Source: an uncultured Bacteroidota bacterium (GTDB taxonomy: Bacteria; Bacteroidota; Bacteroidia; Bacteroidales; GWA2-32-17). From it: a stretch of DNA of 64,000 bases. The notes beneath the pieces are model-generated. The model ran no database searches. It saw only the letters and a program-made list of their open reading frames with translations, and was not told where the DNA came from. This document shows positions 1 through 8,306 of this stretch, in pieces. The first letter of the stretch is position 1, and each line of letters begins with the position of its first letter. Location of the stretch: positions 73,882 to 137,881 of the forward strand of contig CAILUD010000010.1 in assembly GCA_903837285.1 (NCBI GenBank). The letters are read 5' to 3'. Made by a program: the position numbers and the translations under genes.

Positions 1-318
1 AGTTTTTGTTGTTGGAATAGAATTTATCGGAAAAAAGTAATCGGTAACTGTAATCGAAAACTTTTTAAGTGTATACTTTAAATATAAATCTGTTTCGCAA
101 TAACCTCCTAGGGTACTTATTGCACCCCAATATCCTATTTCGAAATTTTTCTTTGATAACGAGAGTGTAGGTTGAATACTTGGCGATGTTCCATAGTCTA
201 ATCCTCTCCAGACATATCTACTATAGATATCTGCAGATACATTCGTTGTTAAGCTATCTTGCCCGAATAAAGCAAAAGATGATAACAAAATAAAAAATAC
301 TCCAGTAATTTTTTTCAT
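1..318 (-). CDS. Secreted beta-barrel-like protein, C-terminus cut by the window edge (TorF/Gcw_chp-like porin candidate)
   Basis: Absent from the ORF track because it runs off the edge. My minus-strand translation from the ATG at 316-318 reads MKKITGVFFILLSSFALFGQDSLTTNVSADIYSRYVWRGLDYGTSPSIQP... It has a signal peptide followed by aromatic/Gly-rich alternating segments. Confidence 0.5.
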   Translation of the reverse strand, partial: MKKITGVFFILLSSFALFGQDSLTTNVSADIYSRYVWRGLDYGTSPSIQPTLSLSKKNFEIGYWGAISTLGGYCETDLYLKYTLKKFSITVTDYFFPINSIPTTKT

Positions 319-322
319 AAAT

Positions 323-374
323 AAGTGTTTTAATTAAGCAAAGATGCCAAATACGAAAGGCGATTAAAACACTT
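323..374 (-). terminator. 12-bp inverted repeat (AAGTGTTTTAAT ... ATTAAAACACTT) with a 28-nt loop; possible terminator after the response-regulator gene
   Basis: Arms at 323-334 and 363-374 are perfectly complementary. It lies just downstream of the stop at 414. The large loop makes the terminator call weak. Confidence 0.25.
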
Positions 375-413
375 AAAACTCGGAATTTAATCTACGTGAA
401 ACACGGAGGAGGT

Positions 414-1076
414 TTATAACTCAATGATATTATTGCGAATAGCGAACTTTACTAGGTCGGCAACTGTGTTAAGAAGCAGCTTTTGCATAATGTGAGTTTT
501 ATGCGACTCAACAGTTCGTATAGAAATAACGAGTTTTTCTGCAATTTCGGGGTTTGAAAAACCCTCGGCAACAAGCTTTAAAATCTCAAGTTCGCGGGAG
601 GTTAATATTTCTTCTTTCTCTTCGCCTTGTTTTACTCCTGTGTGTGCTTTTTTTACAAAACTTTTAAGAATAATATCAGAAACCTGTGTGCTAAAATATT
701 CGTTGCCTTTATTTATTTCTTCAATAGCTGTAATTAATTCGTAGCTATTAATGTTTTTATGTAAATATCCACGAGCACCAGCTTTGAGAGCGTTAAAAAT
801 AAAATCTTCACCAATATACATTGATAAAATCATTACTCTTATTGAAGGAAATTCTTTTTGTATGACTTTTGTTATTTCAATTCCCGACATGCCCGGTAAT
901 GAAACATCAAGAATTAAAATGTCGGGTTTTTGACATTTTAAAAGCTGGAATAATTCTGCTGCAGATGAAGCTTCATTTATTACTTCTATTTGTTGAGCAT
1001 CCTGCAATAGTGATTTTATTCCATCGCGAATAAGCTGATGATCATCAACTAATATTACTTGTATTTTTTTCATCAT
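414..1076 (-). CDS. NarL/FixJ (LuxR)-family DNA-binding response regulator
   Basis: 220 aa. Receiver domain (VILVDDH, DILILDVSLPGMSG) plus a C-terminal LuxR HTH (LTSRELEILKLVAEGFSNPEIAEKL). Two adjacent ATGs at 1076 and 1073. Confidence 0.9.
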   Translation of the reverse strand: MMKKIQVILVDDHQLIRDGIKSLLQDAQQIEVINEASSAAELFQLLKCQKPDILILDVSLPGMSGIEITKVIQKEFPSIRVMILSMYIGEDFIFNALKAGARGYLHKNINSYELITAIEEINKGNEYFSTQVSDIILKSFVKKAHTGVKQGEEKEEILTSRELEILKLVAEGFSNPEIAEKLVISIRTVESHKTHIMQKLLLNTVADLVKFAIRNNIIEL

Positions 1077-2835
1077 TAAGAGGAAAAGTTAATACTACCT
1101 TTGTTCCCATACCCGGAAATGATTCAATATTAAGATTACCGTTTAATAAATTGGCTCTTTCTTTCATATTGTTAATACCATTATGAGAATCATTATTCTT
1201 ATTGTCAAAGTTACATCCTTTTCCGTTATCTGATACCTCAAGTAAAACATTTGAATTATTTTGAGATAATTGCATATTAATATCTGATGCTTTAGCGTGT
1301 TTTACGATATTATTAAGCGCTTCCTGAACGATTCTAAATAAATAAGTTTTTTCTTTTGGGGTCAATAAATCGTAATTTCCGGAAATTTGAATATTAATTT
1401 TTAAAGTCGAAGCATCGGTTATCTGGTCGCATAAATTTCTAATGGCATTAGCAACTCCAAATTCCTGAAGAACCGCTGGCATAAGGTCGTTAGACATTCG
1501 CCTAACCTCTTCAATAGTTTTATCCATTAGTTTACCTACTTCGGCTGCAATAATTCCTGTATTGCCTTCACAGCGATTGGCAAGATTTTCAATTTTTAAT
1601 CTTAATCCTATCATTTGTTGACCAAGGCCGTCATGTAGCTCCCGCGAAAGTCTTAATCGTTCAATTTCTTGTCCGTCTATCATAGAACGTGTTCTGTTGA
1701 TTCGTTCTTCTTCTAATTGTTTGGAACTTAATTTTAGCTGACTTGCCATTTTGTTAAACGAACGAGTTAGTTCTCCAATTTCGTCATTAGTACTTATTTC
1801 AATATTAACATTAAAATTTCCTTTTCCGACTTCTGATACTGCGCTATTTAATTTTACTATAGCTCTCGTAATTCCTAATGAAACAATATATGAAATAAGT
1901 ATAAATAATCCAGAAATAATTATACTAACAAATAGAATGTTATTTCTGAATTTATAAACCGGAATTAAAACTTCGTCCCAGTCCATTTCTGCTAGAATTA
2001 CCCAGTTTAAACCTTCACTAGTTATCTTGTCGAATGAACTAATTACTTTAATTTTTCGGTAATCATAAATAATTATAGTATTGGTTATTCCTTTAAATGC
2101 ATTTTGAACACTTAGTGAATTAACTTTAATTTTATAAACACTATTCTCATTAAACCTAGAAGTACTTCGCATTAATGAATCGTTTCCAACTAAATATGCC
2201 TCACCTGTTTTACCTAATCCGTTATATGGATTATTTTCATACATGATTTTATTAATTGCATCAATTTTAACTGGAAGAACAACCCAATATTTATTTTTTT
2301 TGATATATGTTTTTACAAAAACAGAATTAGAACTCATTTGCTTTGTTCTGTTGTTATAGTCTGAAATGGAAATTAAATTATTAGAATCTTTTGTAATAAT
2401 TGAAAGCAAAGAATTTGCAGAAAGTATATTTGATTGATCTGTTCTTTTATTTGATAAAGACAGATATTTTATAGAGTTTGTTTCAGGGTAAAAAATATAA
2501 ATGCCTGAATATACCGAACTATTAAGAATTTTTAAAGCATGTTCTGAAAAAGCAGATGAATCAGAAATAAAAAAATCTTGCTCATTGTTATATGAAAATG
2601 AATTAATACTTTCATCTTGTACTAATAAGAATAAATCTTTTTTGCGTTCACTAAAAAAAAGTTCAATCTGTTTTTTCTTTTCAATTCTAAGTGAAGTTAA
2701 TTGGTCGAAAGTTCTGCTTAAAATTGCCGATCTTGCATTTGAGTATGAAAGATAACTGGTAATTCCAATGGATACAATTCCTAATAATATAAAGAAAAGT
2801 ACTAATTTTTCGCGAATGGAAATAAATCGGCGCAC
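1045..2835 (-). CDS. Sensor histidine kinase, NarX/DegS type (TM, extracytoplasmic Cache-like region, TM, HAMP, HisKA_3, HATPase_c)
   Basis: 596 aa with a GTG start. HAMP (DEIGELTRSFNKM), H-box RELHDGLGQ, and a C-terminal ATPase (DNGKG, GMGT). Its 3' end overlaps the regulator start by 29-32 nt. Confidence 0.85.
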   Translation of the reverse strand: MRRFISIREKLVLFFILLGIVSIGITSYLSYSNARSAILSRTFDQLTSLRIEKKKQIELFFSERKKDLFLLVQDESINSFSYNNEQDFFISDSSAFSEHALKILNSSVYSGIYIFYPETNSIKYLSLSNKRTDQSNILSANSLLSIITKDSNNLISISDYNNRTKQMSSNSVFVKTYIKKNKYWVVLPVKIDAINKIMYENNPYNGLGKTGEAYLVGNDSLMRSTSRFNENSVYKIKVNSLSVQNAFKGITNTIIIYDYRKIKVISSFDKITSEGLNWVILAEMDWDEVLIPVYKFRNNILFVSIIISGLFILISYIVSLGITRAIVKLNSAVSEVGKGNFNVNIEISTNDEIGELTRSFNKMASQLKLSSKQLEEERINRTRSMIDGQEIERLRLSRELHDGLGQQMIGLRLKIENLANRCEGNTGIIAAEVGKLMDKTIEEVRRMSNDLMPAVLQEFGVANAIRNLCDQITDASTLKINIQISGNYDLLTPKEKTYLFRIVQEALNNIVKHAKASDINMQLSQNNSNVLLEVSDNGKGCNFDNKNNDSHNGINNMKERANLLNGNLNIESFPGMGTKVVLTFPLNDEKNTSNIS

Positions 2836-2883
2836 GGTATTATCTTGTTAGAAATATTTTCTAGCAAATTTAATACATTTACA

Positions 2884-2910
2884 AATAAAAAACGGGCTCT
2901 TCGCCCGTTT
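2884..2910 (-). terminator. Rho-independent terminator of pnp
   Basis: AAACGGGC (2890-2897) pairs with GCCCGTTT (2903-2910) around a 5-nt loop. On the minus strand a T-run follows (TTTTTTATTTGT). It sits 10 nt after the pnp stop. Confidence 0.8.
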
Positions 2911-2919
2911 AATATTTTG

Positions 2920-5076
2920 TTATGATTTTTCAGCTTCTGGCTGTGTAGGTTGTGCCTGTGGTTCTGGTTTTGGAAGAAGAACTTTGCGTGATAATCTCAT
3001 TTTACCGCGGTTATCAATTTCTAAAAGTTGTACTTGAATTACTTGTCCAAGGTGTAATGCATCTTCAACTCTTTTTAATCGATGCCATTCAATTTCCGAA
3101 ATGTGTAACAAACCTTCTTTTCCAGGCATAATTTCAACAAATGCACCATATTCCATTATAGATTTTACAGTAGCATCGAATATTTCGCCAATTTCGATAT
3201 CGCCAATAATTGCTTTAATACGTTTAATTGCTGTATTTATTGCATCACCACTTGGTGCGCATATCTGAACAATACCGGCATTTTCAACTTCGGTAATTGA
3301 AATTATTGTATTTGTTTTTGCCTGAATATCCTGAATAATTTTTCCACCAGGTCCGATGATTGCACCAATTTGGTCTTTAGCAACTGTCATGCTAACAATA
3401 CGTGGAGTATGAGGTTTATAATCTGGACGTGGAGCAGGTAAAGTTTCTAAAATTTTACCAAGTATATGTAAACGACCTTCGCGAGCTTGAGCAAGAGCTT
3501 TTGCTAACACTTCGTAAGGAAGCCCGTCAACTTTAATATCCATTTGTGTTGCAGTAATTCCGTTTTCAGTTCCGCAAACTTTAAAGTCCATATCACCTAA
3601 ATGATCTTCGTCACCAAGAATATCGGAAAGAATTGCAAAACGACCAGTTTTTGTGTCAGAAATTAATCCCATTGCAATACCGGTAACAGGATTTTTAATT
3701 TTAATACCTGCATCCATTAAAGCAAGAGTTCCTGCGCAAACAGTTGCCATTGATGATGAACCGTTTGATTCAAGAATATCTGAAACAACTCTGATAGTAT
3801 AAGGATTAATCATATAATCAGAAGGAATCATTTTCTTTAGTGCACGGTGTGCTAAATTTCCGTGACCAACTTCGCGACGACCAACACCACGGTATGGACG
3901 AGCTTCACCGGTTGAGAAAGGAGGGAAGTTATAGTTTAAAAGAAAACGTTCTTTTCCTTGAAAAACTGCGCCGTCTATTAGTTGTTCGTCTGATTTTGTG
4001 CCTAGTGTTACAGATGTTAAAGATTGTGTCTCACCACGTGTAAAAATTGCTGATCCGTGAGCCATTGGCAAATAATCAACTTCACTCCATATTGGACGAA
4101 TCTGATCAAATTTACGGCCGTCTAAACGAATTTGTTCAGTTAAATAATATTCGCGGATAGCTTCTTTTTCTAAATCGTGATAATAACGTTTTACCATAGC
4201 AACAGTTGAATCATCTGGATCTGTAAGAGTTGCCATATACTCGTCACGTATTCCGTGAAGTGCATCTGCGCGCTCATGTTTGCTTACTAATCCTTTTTTG
4301 ATAACATCATAAATCTTTTGGAATGCAAAAGCACGAATTCCAGTTTTAATTTCTTCTACATTATGTTCGTGACAATATTCACGCTTAACTATTCCTAATT
4401 CTGCAGCTAATTCTGATTGAGCTTTGCAATGAACTTTTATTTCTTCGTGAGCAAATTTAATAGCTTCGGCCATATTTTCTTCGCTTACTTCGTCAAGTTC
4501 GCCTTCAACCATTAAAATATTATCATAAGTTGCACCAACCATCATGTCGATGTCAGCTTTTTCGCGATCGGTACGTGTAGGATTAATTACAAATTGACCA
4601 TCAATTCTAGCAACGCGAACTTCTGAGATTGGTCCGTTAAATGGAATATTACTTACTGCAATTGCAGCAGATCCGGCTAAACCAACAAGAGCATCGGGTA
4701 AGTCGTTAGGATCACAAGAAATAAGATCAATATTTACAAAAGTTTCAGCATGATAATCTGAAGGGAAAAGTGGACGCATTGCACGGTCAACCAAACGTGA
4801 AACTAAAATTTCATAATCTGAGGAACGGGCTTCGCGTTTCATAAAACCACCAGGGAATCGGCCGGTAGAAGCATATTTTTCGCGGTAATCTACAGAAAGC
4901 GGCATAAAATCTACGTTTTCTTTTGCTTCAGTAGCAGAAACCACTGTTGCTAAAAGCATAGTTTTACCCATTTTAAGTACTACCGAACCGTCAGCTTGTT
5001 TTGCAAGTTTTCCGGTTTCAATTTCAATTGTTCTTCCATCTTTAAGTTGAATCGTCTTTTTTACAGCTTTGTACAT
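2920..5076 (-). CDS. pnp: Polyribonucleotide nucleotidyltransferase (PNPase)
   Basis: 718 aa. Duplicated RNase PH domains, a KH domain ([10 protein letters not shown]) and an S1 domain ([20 protein letters not shown]). The conserved rpsO-pnp gene order is present. Confidence 0.95.
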   Translation of the reverse strand: MYKAVKKTIQLKDGRTIEIETGKLAKQADGSVVLKMGKTMLLATVVSATEAKENVDFMPLSVDYREKYASTGRFPGGFMKREARSSDYEILVSRLVDRAMRPLFPSDYHAETFVNIDLISCDPNDLPDALVGLAGSAAIAVSNIPFNGPISEVRVARIDGQFVINPTRTDREKADIDMMVGATYDNILMVEGELDEVSEENMAEAIKFAHEEIKVHCKAQSELAAELGIVKREYCHEHNVEEIKTGIRAFAFQKIYDVIKKGLVSKHERADALHGIRDEYMATLTDPDDSTVAMVKRYYHDLEKEAIREYYLTEQIRLDGRKFDQIRPIWSEVDYLPMAHGSAIFTRGETQSLTSVTLGTKSDEQLIDGAVFQGKERFLLNYNFPPFSTGEARPYRGVGRREVGHGNLAHRALKKMIPSDYMINPYTIRVVSDILESNGSSSMATVCAGTLALMDAGIKIKNPVTGIAMGLISDTKTGRFAILSDILGDEDHLGDMDFKVCGTENGITATQMDIKVDGLPYEVLAKALAQAREGRLHILGKILETLPAPRPDYKPHTPRIVSMTVAKDQIGAIIGPGGKIIQDIQAKTNTIISITEVENAGIVQICAPSGDAINTAIKRIKAIIGDIEIGEIFDATVKSIMEYGAFVEIMPGKEGLLHISEIEWHRLKRVEDALHLGQVIQVQLLEIDNRGKMRLSRKVLLPKPEPQAQPTQPEAEKS

Positions 5077-5107
5077 ATTATATTTCGATTAATGAATTTT
5101 AAAAATA

Positions 5108-5138
5108 TAAAAAAAGGCAATTTGCAATTGCCTTTTTT
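5108..5138 (-). terminator. Hairpin terminator/processing stem between rpsO and pnp
   Basis: AAGGCAATT (5114-5122) pairs with AATTGCCTT (5126-5134) around a 3-nt loop. An A-run on one side and a T-run on the other make it bidirectional in form. Confidence 0.75.
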
Positions 5139-5141
5139 GTT

Positions 5142-5411
5142 TTACTTTCTGAGTCCAAGTTCTTTAAGAATCGCACGATATCTTAAAATATCACGATCTT
5201 TAAGATAATTGAGTAATTTTTTGCGTTTACCAACGAGTTTAAGCAACGCTTGTTGGGTTGCGAAATCTTTTTTGTTGGTCTTTAAATGACCGGTTAAGTG
5301 ATCAATACGGAATGAGAACAATGCGACTTGGCTTTCTGCAGAGCCAGTGTCTCCGTTACTTTTTCCGTATTTCTCAAAAAGCTCTTGCTTTTTTTCTGCA
5401 GTTAAATACAT
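5142..5411 (-). CDS. rpsO: 30S ribosomal protein S15
   Basis: 89 aa. Typical S15 sequence (GSAESQVALFSFRIDHLTGHLKTNKKD, LLKLVGKRKKLLNYL). Confidence 0.95.
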   Translation of the reverse strand: MYLTAEKKQELFEKYGKSNGDTGSAESQVALFSFRIDHLTGHLKTNKKDFATQQALLKLVGKRKKLLNYLKDRDILRYRAILKELGLRK

Positions 5412-5448
5412 AATTGTTAAAAAATTGGTTTTTACTAAAAATGAGTTG

Positions 5449-5456
5449 CAAAGATA
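5449..5456 (-). promoter_or_regulatory. Candidate Bacteroidota -7 box (TATCTTTG = TAnnTTTG) for rpsO
   Basis: The reverse complement of CAAAGATA at 5449-5456 matches TAnnTTTG, 38 nt upstream of the rpsO ATG. I saw no clear -33 TTTG. Confidence 0.35.
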
Positions 5457-5670
5457 ATAAATATTTTAATTCGAAATACCTATATAGGTTATTTTTATTT
5501 AGTTGAATGTAATTTGGTAAAACTGCCTTAAGTACTTAAAGTTGGAAGTCTTGCTTGCCGTTAGGTATATGTCCGAAGTCAGGATACAAAACCAAAATGG
5601 TTTTATAATTAAGAAACTGTTTTGAATTTTATAATGTTTAGAGTTCATTATTATTTTATATAGTATAAAT

Positions 5671-5745
5671 CTTCGACTCCCCTGGAGTCGAATGTTTGTA
5701 GCAAATTTATTGCTACAAACCTAGGGACTCCTCTGGAGTCCAACT
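5671..5745 (+). repeat. Three-hairpin dispersed element, copy 1
   Basis: Hairpins CGACTCC/GGAGTCG (5674-5690), TTTGTAGCAA/TTGCTACAAA (5695-5719) and GGACTCC/GGAGTCC (5725-5741). Colinear with copy 2 at 32621-32695. Confidence 0.8.
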
Positions 5746-5938
5746 AACAAAAGATATAATATTTAATGTATATAAATTATATGACAACCCAGTTCATGTA
5801 AATTGTTTCAAATAAGAATATTATAGAAGCCAATTCAAGTTAGGTTAAAAAATCCAAACAGTTTCTAAATATTTTTTTGAAGTTAGATTAAGTTGGTTAT
5901 TTTATATTTAGTTAGTTTTTAAAATCCGTAGGATATTA

Positions 5939-5987
5939 ATGTTTATAAAAACTAAAAATGAATTTATTTAGCACCAGAGGAGCTTAA
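5939..5987 (+). repeat. Degenerate partial copy of the three-hairpin element
   Basis: Shares ATGTTTATA (5939-5947) and CCAGAGGAG (5974-5982) with copy 2 in the same order. The middle hairpin is decayed. Confidence 0.35.
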
Positions 5988-6050
5988 TGTAAATACGAAA
6001 ACAGCACTTTTATAATTTAATTCGTGTTATTTTTACATAAAAAATAAAAA

Positions 6051-6947
6051 ATGTTTTATCGCGATTTTCCTATAGCATATGACGAGCCATTGTTTCGTCC
6101 GCCAAGCGAAGCAGACTCTTTAATTCTTCAGGTCACATTTGGCTGTACATGGAACAAATGTTCTTTTTGCGAAATGTATACAACTAAGAATTTCAGAGTA
6201 AAAAAAGAAGAAGACGTTTTAAAAGAAATTAAGGCAGTAGCTAAAATAGAGCCCGGAATAAGAAAAATATTTCTGGCAGATGGCAACCCAATGGTGTTAT
6301 CAACTCAAAAACTATTAGTCATTTTAAAAGCGATAAAAGAAAATTTTCCTAAAAACAGAAGAGTTACTACCTACGCTTTACCGCGGGATATTTCTGCCAA
6401 AACACATGAAGAGTTAGTTGAACTTCGTGAAGCTGGTTTAAAAATGGTTTATGTTGGAATAGAATCTGGAGATGATGAGGTTCTAAAATTGATGAACAAG
6501 GGTGAAACATATTCATCAACAGTTGAGGGATTATTAAAAGCAAAAGCTGCTGGAATAAAACTTTCTGTAATAATATTGGAAGGTGTTGGTGGTATGAATT
6601 TTACAAATCAGCATGCGATAAATTCTGCAAAAATATTAAATGCAATTCAACCAGAGTTTGCATCGGTATTAGTACTTAGTTTTCCATTTGGTGTAAATAA
6701 ATATAAGGAGAGATTCCTGGGGGAATACATTCCAATGACAATTCCTGATTTATTAAAAGAAATGGAGGTATTTATTTCTCATTTGCAATTAGATGGAACA
6801 ATTTTTAGAAGTAATCATGCATCAAACTATCTTGTTTTAAATGGAATTTTAGGAAGAGATAAACAATTGTTTTTGGAGCAATTACAATTTGCAATTAAAA
6901 ACCCTGAAATAGCTGGGTTAAGAGCAGAGTGGCAGAGAGGGTTGTAA
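6051..6947 (+). CDS. Radical SAM domain protein, function unknown
   Basis: 298 aa. Cys cluster GCTWNKCSFCEMY followed by a TIM-barrel-like pattern (FLADGNP, YVGIESGDDEVL). Confidence 0.75.
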   Translation: MFYRDFPIAYDEPLFRPPSEADSLILQVTFGCTWNKCSFCEMYTTKNFRVKKEEDVLKEIKAVAKIEPGIRKIFLADGNPMVLSTQKLLVILKAIKENFPKNRRVTTYALPRDISAKTHEELVELREAGLKMVYVGIESGDDEVLKLMNKGETYSSTVEGLLKAKAAGIKLSVIILEGVGGMNFTNQHAINSAKILNAIQPEFASVLVLSFPFGVNKYKERFLGEYIPMTIPDLLKEMEVFISHLQLDGTIFRSNHASNYLVLNGILGRDKQLFLEQLQFAIKNPEIAGLRAEWQRGL

Positions 6948-6963
6948 TTGTTTTTAATTTATC

Positions 6964-7036
6964 GTCATGCTGTTCGCCGCGGCGAATTGTTTCAGCATCT
7001 AAAAGATAAGAGACCCTGAAACTAGTTCAGGGTGAC
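6964..7036. repeat. GTCA-NN-CTGAAC hairpin repeat, inverted pair of two units
   Basis: The left unit is GTCATGCTG..TTGTTTCAGCATC. The right unit read on the minus strand is GTCACCCTGAACTAGTTTCAGGGTC. It lies directly downstream of the radical-SAM stop. Confidence 0.75.
6973..6986. repeat. All-GC-core palindrome TTCGCCGCGGCGAA (variant copy)
   Basis: A perfect 14-bp palindrome. It occupies the position where the sister unit at 7013-7036 has only AAC. Confidence 0.85.
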
Positions 7037-7111
7037 GGTGGGGTTTCCTTAATACATGTTAAGTGTTAAACAACAATGTAAGTTCTCATGTAATTTATTT
7101 ATTAAAACTAT

Positions 7112-7119
7112 TACATTTG
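7112..7119 (+). promoter_or_regulatory. Candidate -7 box TACATTTG for the downstream SDR gene
   Basis: Matches TAnnTTTG, about 50 nt upstream of the ATG at 7170. Confidence 0.35.
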
Positions 7120-7169
7120 CGACTTCAGTTTTAAAAATTATTTGAAAAACTCGTATTGAAACTTTTAAT

Positions 7170-8132
7170 ATGAAAAAAATATTAATTATTGGAGCAGCCG
7201 GACAAATTGGTTCGGAATTAACCCTTGAGTTAAGAGAAATTTATGGTGGCGAAAATGTAATTGCTGGTGAAATAAAAGAAATTACTTCAGAAAAACTTCT
7301 AAATTCTGGTCCGGTTGCAAAAGTTGATATTACAGATATAAACAATATTGCAGACGTTGTTAAGAAGTATAACGTTGATGCAATTATAAGTATGGCTGCA
7401 ATTCTTTCAGCTTGCGGAGAACAAAATCCACAACTTGCATGGAATGTAAATATGAATGGTTTTATTAATGTGTTAGAAGTTGCGCGTGAATTAAAATTAA
7501 AACAAGTATTTAATCCTAGCTCTATTGCGGCATTTGGACCATCAACCCCAAGAAATAACACACCACAGGAAACGGTATTAAAACCTACTTCTATGTACGG
7601 TGTTACAAAAGTAGCCGGCGAACTTATTGCAGATTATTATGTTTTTAAATATGGCATGGATGTTCGTGGTTTACGTTATCCTGGAATTATAAGTAACGAA
7701 ACACTTCCTGGTGGTGGAACAACAGATTATGCTGTTGCGATTTATTACGAAGCAATTAAAAACAAAAAGTACACATGTTTTTTGAAAGAAGACACAATGC
7801 TTCCAATGATGTATATGCCCGATTGTTTAAAAGCTACAATAGATTTATTTCAGGCAGATTATTCAAAATTAAAACATCATTCAGATTTTAATTTGGCGGC
7901 TATGAGTTTTACTCCTGCAATTTTAGCAGAAAGCATAAAAAAACATATTCCTGAATTTACAATTGATTATAAGATAGATTTCCGTCAGGCAATTGCCGAT
8001 TCATGGCCACGTTCTATTGATGACTCTGCTGCCCGCGAGGAGTGGGGCTGGAAACCTTCATATGATTTAGATGCAATGACAGCTGATATGTTAAAGGTTT
8101 TAGGTGAAAAACATAAGAAGGGATTGTTTTAA
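7170..8132 (+). CDS. NAD-dependent epimerase/dehydratase family protein (extended SDR), possibly an SDR-type L-threonine 3-dehydrogenase
   Basis: 320 aa. Rossmann motif GAAGQIGS and catalytic YxxxK (YGVTK). The size and N-terminus resemble short-chain TDHs, but the specific activity is not proven. Confidence 0.6.
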   Translation: MKKILIIGAAGQIGSELTLELREIYGGENVIAGEIKEITSEKLLNSGPVAKVDITDINNIADVVKKYNVDAIISMAAILSACGEQNPQLAWNVNMNGFINVLEVARELKLKQVFNPSSIAAFGPSTPRNNTPQETVLKPTSMYGVTKVAGELIADYYVFKYGMDVRGLRYPGIISNETLPGGGTTDYAVAIYYEAIKNKKYTCFLKEDTMLPMMYMPDCLKATIDLFQADYSKLKHHSDFNLAAMSFTPAILAESIKKHIPEFTIDYKIDFRQAIADSWPRSIDDSAAREEWGWKPSYDLDAMTADMLKVLGEKHKKGLF

Positions 8133-8145
8133 GTAATAAAACTCA

Positions 8146-8213
8146 GTCATCCTGAGGTTCTCGAAGGATGGCTATTATTTTTAACATTCAGTCTTCGAGT
8201 GCCTCAGACTGAC
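8146..8213. repeat. GTCA-NN-CTGAGG hairpin repeat, inverted pair
   Basis: Unit a is GTCATCCTGAGGTTCTCGAAGGATG (8146-8170). Unit b on the minus strand is GTCAGTCTGAGGCACTCGAAGACTGA (8188-8213). It lies directly after the stop at 8132. Confidence 0.8.
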
Positions 8214-8306
8214 ATTAGAATAAATATTTTTTGAGATTATTTAAGATTTAAACTTGTTAGGTTGTAACGAATTTGTTTAATTTCGCAAAAGATTAATTTT
8301 TTATAC

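Noticed and set aside
5540-5585. GTCCGAAGTCAGGA segment that superficially recalled the SRP (4.5S) RNA GGAA/AGCA region
   Set aside because: The conserved SRP helix-8 motifs and the long pairing partner strand are not present. I could not fold an SRP-like hairpin.
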